Source: Candidatus Aminicenantes bacterium (GTDB lineage Bacteria > Acidobacteriota > Aminicenantia > UBA2199). Taken from it: 60,748 nt of DNA. Below the pieces are notes generated by a model. That model ran no database searches. It saw only the letters and a list, made by a program, of their open reading frames with translations, and was not told the origin of the DNA. Where the stretch lies: positions 1 to 60,748 of the forward strand of contig JAUWQW010000003.1 in assembly GCA_030610885.1 (NCBI GenBank). Direction: 5' to 3'. Below are positions 57,498 through 60,748 of the stretch, one piece after another. Position numbers and translations under genes: made by a program. Every line of letters starts with the position of its first letter. Positions within the stretch are counted from its first letter, which is position 1.

Positions 57498-58061
57498 TTA
57501 TGTTGAGAACCCCTCATTTTTTATTTTTTTTAGCCTTTTCCGGGCCCTTGTAAGCAATGATTCTACTGCTTTTACAGAAATGTCCATTATTTCTGCAATT
57601 TCTTTTACTTTTTTCCTCTCCCAGAGTTGAAGCATAATCGCCATTCGATCTCTTTTTGGTAATTGGGTTAAAAGAGAAGTGATGATTTCATGAATAGATC
57701 CCTGTTCTGTTTTATCAGTTGACTTACAATGCTCTAAATCGATATTATTAGGATTAAATTCCAAAGCAGTATTGGATGGGTTCCTCTTGAGTTTTGCCTT
57801 GTAGTTGATTGCTGTGTTAACTGCAAGCTGCATAAACCATGCATTGAAATTGCTTTTTGAAGAAAACAGTTTTATTTTTAAATAAAGTCTCGTAAAGATT
57901 TCCTGACTGAGATCAAATGCTTCTTCTCTATCACCTGTATATTGGTAAGCAAGATTGTAGATTTTTTTCTGGTACATATCAATTATCTCTTCCAGAGCTG
58001 AAGGGACTCCTCTTAAAAGTCGTTCGCCAGCAGCATTGGCTTTTTTTTTAAATTCATTCAT
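57498..58061 (-). CDS. ECF (group IV) RNA polymerase sigma factor
   Basis: Region 2 is DREEAFDLSQEIFTRLY...FNAWFMQLAVNTAINY. The region 4 HTH is KVKEIAEIMDISVKAVESLLTRARKRLK. At 187 aa the size is typical. Confidence 0.88.
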   Translation of the reverse strand: MNEFKKKANAAGERLLRGVPSALEEIIDMYQKKIYNLAYQYTGDREEAFDLSQEIFTRLYLKIKLFSSKSNFNAWFMQLAVNTAINYKAKLKRNPSNTALEFNPNNIDLEHCKSTDKTEQGSIHEIITSLLTQLPKRDRMAIMLQLWERKKVKEIAEIMDISVKAVESLLTRARKRLKKIKNEGFST

Positions 58062-58068
58062 TTTGCAT

Positions 58069-58096
58069 ATATTATACTATGACGTCAAATTGTCAA
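58069..58096 (-). promoter_or_regulatory. sigma70-like promoter abutting the ECF sigma start codon (TTGACA-N16-TAATAT, or N14-TATAAT)
   Basis: Read on the minus strand: TTGACA (58096-58091), then TATAATAT (58076-58069). Only 7-9 nt separate the -10 element from the ATG at 58061, and no SD sequence is present. Confidence 0.4.
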
Positions 58097-58226
58097 GAAG
58101 AGAAATACTGGTAACCCCCCATTTTTTTCATGATTTAATTAAAGTAGTCGAATGTTACTTATAAGGGTTGATAAAAATTTCAAAAAAGGATATTATTTCA
58201 ATTAAAATAATTTCTTGGAGGAATGA

Positions 58227-58622
58227 TTGAAGTGCCCAAATTGTAAAAAAGAGATGGTTGTTCTAGAGCTGGATAAAGTTGAGATAGACCATTGCCTTTT
58301 ATGTGGAGGTATATGGCTTGATGAAGGAGAACTCGAACTCTTACTTGAGGGAGCTTCAGAAAAGAATAAACTTCTTGCTTCATTTAAGATTAATAAAAAA
58401 GTAGATGAAAAGAAAAGGAAGTGTCCTGTTTGTGGAAAAAAGATGTACAAGGTTCTATGTGATATGGAAAAGAAAGTGCTTATTGACAGTTGTTCTAAAA
58501 ATCATGGTTTGTGGTTTGATAGAGGCGAATTAGATCAATTACTTGAAATGGGAGGAATTGAAAATAATAGTAAGATTTATTCTTTTTTAAAGGATTTGTT
58601 TGGGAAAAAAGTTTTAGAATAA
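58227..58622 (+). CDS. Double TFIIB-type zinc-ribbon protein (two zf-TFIIB-like modules)
   Basis: Two copies of CPxC...C...(CGG/HG)xWxDxGEL are present: CPNCKKEM...[19 protein letters not shown] and CPVCGKKM...[22 protein letters not shown] start with GGAGG 5 nt upstream. Confidence 0.7.
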   Translation: MKCPNCKKEMVVLELDKVEIDHCLLCGGIWLDEGELELLLEGASEKNKLLASFKINKKVDEKKRKCPVCGKKMYKVLCDMEKKVLIDSCSKNHGLWFDRGELDQLLEMGGIENNSKIYSFLKDLFGKKVLE

Positions 58623-58635
58623 AGGGAGGTTTAGA

Positions 58636-59193
58636 ATGAGTGGTTTGCTTATTTTTCTTATTATAGTAGGGATATTGATATTTTTTGTTGTGGGTATGTA
58701 CAATTCATTGATAAGACTCAAAAACCAGGTAAAAAATGCATGGTCTCAAATTGATGTCCAGTTAAAAAGACGACATGACCTGATTCCAAATCTGGTGGAA
58801 ACTGCTAAAGGGTATATGAAACATGAAAGAGAAACATTTGAGAACATTACAAGGGCGAGAAGCCATGCTATAAAAGCTGGTAATATTGGCGAAAAGATTA
58901 AAGCTGAGGGGGCTCTAAATGATGCTATGAGCATGTTTAATGTTGTTGTAGAGAATTACCCTGATCTTAAAGCCAATCAGAATTTTTTATCATTGCAAGA
59001 AGAGCTCACCACAACAGAAAACAAAATATCTTTTTCAAGGCAGGGCTATAATGATCAGGTTCTTTTTTTTAACAATAAGATTCAGATGTTTCCTTCTAAC
59101 ATTATTGCTGGTATGTTTCATTTTAAAGAAGAAGAATTCTTTGAGATTGAAGATGTTAAAGAAAAAGAAGTCCCAAAAGTTAAATTTTCTTAA
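58636..59193 (+). CDS. lemA: LemA-family membrane protein
   Basis: An N-terminal TM helix followed by the canonical LemA block [47 protein letters not shown]. Confidence 0.88.
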   Translation: MSGLLIFLIIVGILIFFVVGMYNSLIRLKNQVKNAWSQIDVQLKRRHDLIPNLVETAKGYMKHERETFENITRARSHAIKAGNIGEKIKAEGALNDAMSMFNVVVENYPDLKANQNFLSLQEELTTTENKISFSRQGYNDQVLFFNNKIQMFPSNIIAGMFHFKEEEFFEIEDVKEKEVPKVKFS

Positions 59194-59206
59194 TCAATAA
59201 ATATCA

Positions 59207-60622
59207 ATGTGGGAACTTATACGCGCAAATAAAAGAAAATCAATCCTACTTTTTATATTTATGGGATGTATTCTCATATTATTAGGATATGTTATAGGAG
59301 AGGCATATTTGCCTGGGAAAGGTGGGTATAATGGTGTTTTTATTGCATTAATCATCTGGGTTATTTGGTCAATGATAGGTTATTTTAAAGGGAGCTCAAT
59401 TTTATTGTCATTGAGTAGAGCAAAAGAGGTTACGCACAATATTCATCCCCAACTTTTTAATGTTGTCTCAGAGATGAAGATTGCAGCCAACCTTCCAGCA
59501 ATGCCAAAGATATATATTATAAATGAGGAAGCTCCAAATGCTTTTGCAACTGGAAGAAAACCTGAAAAAAGTGCAATTGCAGTTACTGCAGGTTTGCTTA
59601 ACCGTTTGAATAGAAATGAGCTTCAAGGCGTTATTGCTCACGAAATGTCACACATTCTTAACAGGGATATAGTTTATATGACTTTTGCTGGAGTAATGCT
59701 TGGTACTGTTGTTATGATTTCACAAATATTTTTAAGAGGTTTATGGTATTCGGGTGGATCTGCAGCACGTTACCGTTCTAAAAGATCCAATAGAGACGGG
59801 GGAGGAGCAATGATGATCATTGCAATAGTTTTGGCAATTCTCGCCCCAATTTTAACCAGGCTATTTTATTTTGCAATCTCTAGAAAAAGAGAATATCTTG
59901 CTGATGCTACTGCAACCAGATTGACCCGTTATCCTGAGGGATTGGCTTCTGCTTTAGAAAAGATATCCTCCTCAAACATTAAATTTTCCACAGCAAATAA
60001 TATAACTGCACCAATGTATATAGTTAATCCTCTTAAAAAAACAGAAAGATCATTAACGGGTCTATTCAGTACTCATCCACCTATTAAAGAAAGAATAAAG
60101 ATTTTGAGGAATATGTCGCATGGAGTTAATTATAATAATTATCAGTCTGCATTTCGCATGGTCACAGGAAAGGGTATAATCCCCACATCTGGTCTTAAGG
60201 ATTCAAAAAATATTCCAGTAAAAGAACCTTCTAAGGATACATCTAAACAACTCAGTGTAAAGGAAAAGAAGAGAGAGTTTGGAGATTTGATAAGGGCAGT
60301 AAATGGATTTGTTTTTTTAACCTGCGTGTGCGGACTTAAAATAAAATTACCCCCGAATTTTAAAAAACCTGAAATTTCATGCCCAAGATGTAAAAGAACA
60401 ATACAGATGCCTCTGGCAAAGATAGCAGCTGTTGCTTCTGCTGTAAGTGCAGGAGAAGCCATAAAAGAGACTCCCACATTGGAACCACAAAGATATATAA
60501 GAAAGGGAAAAATGTGGGAAACAATCACATGTTCATGTGGTAATCACATTCAGATTTCACCATCTTTTATGGGTCCTAAAGCTAGTTGTAATAAATGTGG
60601 AAGAATAATTAAAATTTTATAA
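59207..60622 (+). CDS. M48-family (HtpX-like) zinc metallopeptidase with a C-terminal extension carrying two zinc-ribbon-like repeats
   Basis: HEMSHILNRD (HExxH), a downstream REYLADATA glutamate, and 4 TM helices. The roughly 150-aa tail has two CxC...CxxC units (TCVCGLKIKLPPNFKKPEISCPRCKRTI and TCSCGNHIQISPSFMGPKASCNKCGRII). Confidence 0.8.
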   Translation: MWELIRANKRKSILLFIFMGCILILLGYVIGEAYLPGKGGYNGVFIALIIWVIWSMIGYFKGSSILLSLSRAKEVTHNIHPQLFNVVSEMKIAANLPAMPKIYIINEEAPNAFATGRKPEKSAIAVTAGLLNRLNRNELQGVIAHEMSHILNRDIVYMTFAGVMLGTVVMISQIFLRGLWYSGGSAARYRSKRSNRDGGGAMMIIAIVLAILAPILTRLFYFAISRKREYLADATATRLTRYPEGLASALEKISSSNIKFSTANNITAPMYIVNPLKKTERSLTGLFSTHPPIKERIKILRNMSHGVNYNNYQSAFRMVTGKGIIPTSGLKDSKNIPVKEPSKDTSKQLSVKEKKREFGDLIRAVNGFVFLTCVCGLKIKLPPNFKKPEISCPRCKRTIQMPLAKIAAVASAVSAGEAIKETPTLEPQRYIRKGKMWETITCSCGNHIQISPSFMGPKASCNKCGRIIKIL

Positions 60623-60748
60623 TTATTTTAGGTGTTCTCTGCTGATTTTAAAAGATCTATTTATAGAGAAATCCTTAAAATCCATATCCCATTTTCCCTC
60701 TACAATAAATTTGGCTAGATGTTTCCCCATAGCTGGACCAAACATAAA
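60623..60748 (-). CDS. 3' end of a CDS that starts beyond the window (41 codons + TAA)
   Basis: The minus-strand frame is open from the window edge: FMFGPAMGKHLAKFIVEGKWDMDFKDFSINRSFKISREHLK, ending at a stop at 60625-60623. GPAxGxxLAxxI resembles the C-terminus of DAO-type FAD oxidoreductases, but the match is weak. Confidence 0.35.
   Translation of the reverse strand, partial: FMFGPAMGKHLAKFIVEGKWDMDFKDFSINRSFKISREHLK

Noticed and set aside
58080-58087. A perfect TGACGTCA palindrome as a distinct regulatory site.
   Set aside because: An isolated 8-bp palindrome has limited statistical weight. It is retained only as a comment within the leaderless-promoter observation.
1-60748. A search by eye for CRISPR arrays, rRNA/tRNA genes, IS elements, integrases and prophage genes.
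   Set aside because: I found no spaced direct-repeat arrays, no tRNA-like cloverleaf candidates in intergenic regions, and no transposase/integrase/recombinase-like ORFs in the six-frame track. Intergenic regions are short except 49306-49728 and 36975-37209, both of which are discussed in the findings.

Overview
AT-rich, densely coding chromosomal segment of about 50 genes from a diderm bacterium (BamA, TamB, RlpA and RND efflux genes are present). I recognised no rRNA, tRNA, CRISPR array, transposase or integrase. Layout from left to right:
- S9 and M1 peptidases, long-form urocanase, a CobB-type sirtuin, and purD-purE-(MtaB-like)-rsmA.
- An 11-ORF Mrp/Mbh-type cation/proton antiporter cluster behind a consensus sigma70 promoter.
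- rlpA.
- A visibly GC-richer block encoding two exported ankyrin-repeat proteins, one of about 1385 aa and one fused to WG repeats.
- A roughly 8.7-kb outer-membrane biogenesis operon: fsa-tamB-bamA-(SurA-N-like)-(YhaM-like)-(Zn-ribbon membrane protein).
- A compact wHTH plus nucleotidyltransferase pair (AbiE-like) behind a promoter with a nested palindromic operator.
- An orphan membrane protein.
- An adaptor plus two tandem RND permeases.
- M3 dipeptidyl carboxypeptidase, a small strongly signalled ORF interrupted by an in-frame UGA, an unknown lipoprotein and a tricorn-type protease.
- A Cys-rich beta-barrel outer-membrane protein and an ECF sigma/anti-sigma/LTxxQ envelope-stress operon.
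- A Zn-ribbon-LemA-M48 peptidase trio.

The candidates most worth follow-up are the minimal AbiE-like module with its operator, the exported ankyrin/WG-repeat operon in its compositional island, the Zn-ribbon-LemA-M48(+double Zn-ribbon) cluster, the Mbh-ordered split-MrpA antiporter cluster with no redox module, and the small UGA-interrupted ORF. All functional calls come from motif recognition by eye. No database search was run.
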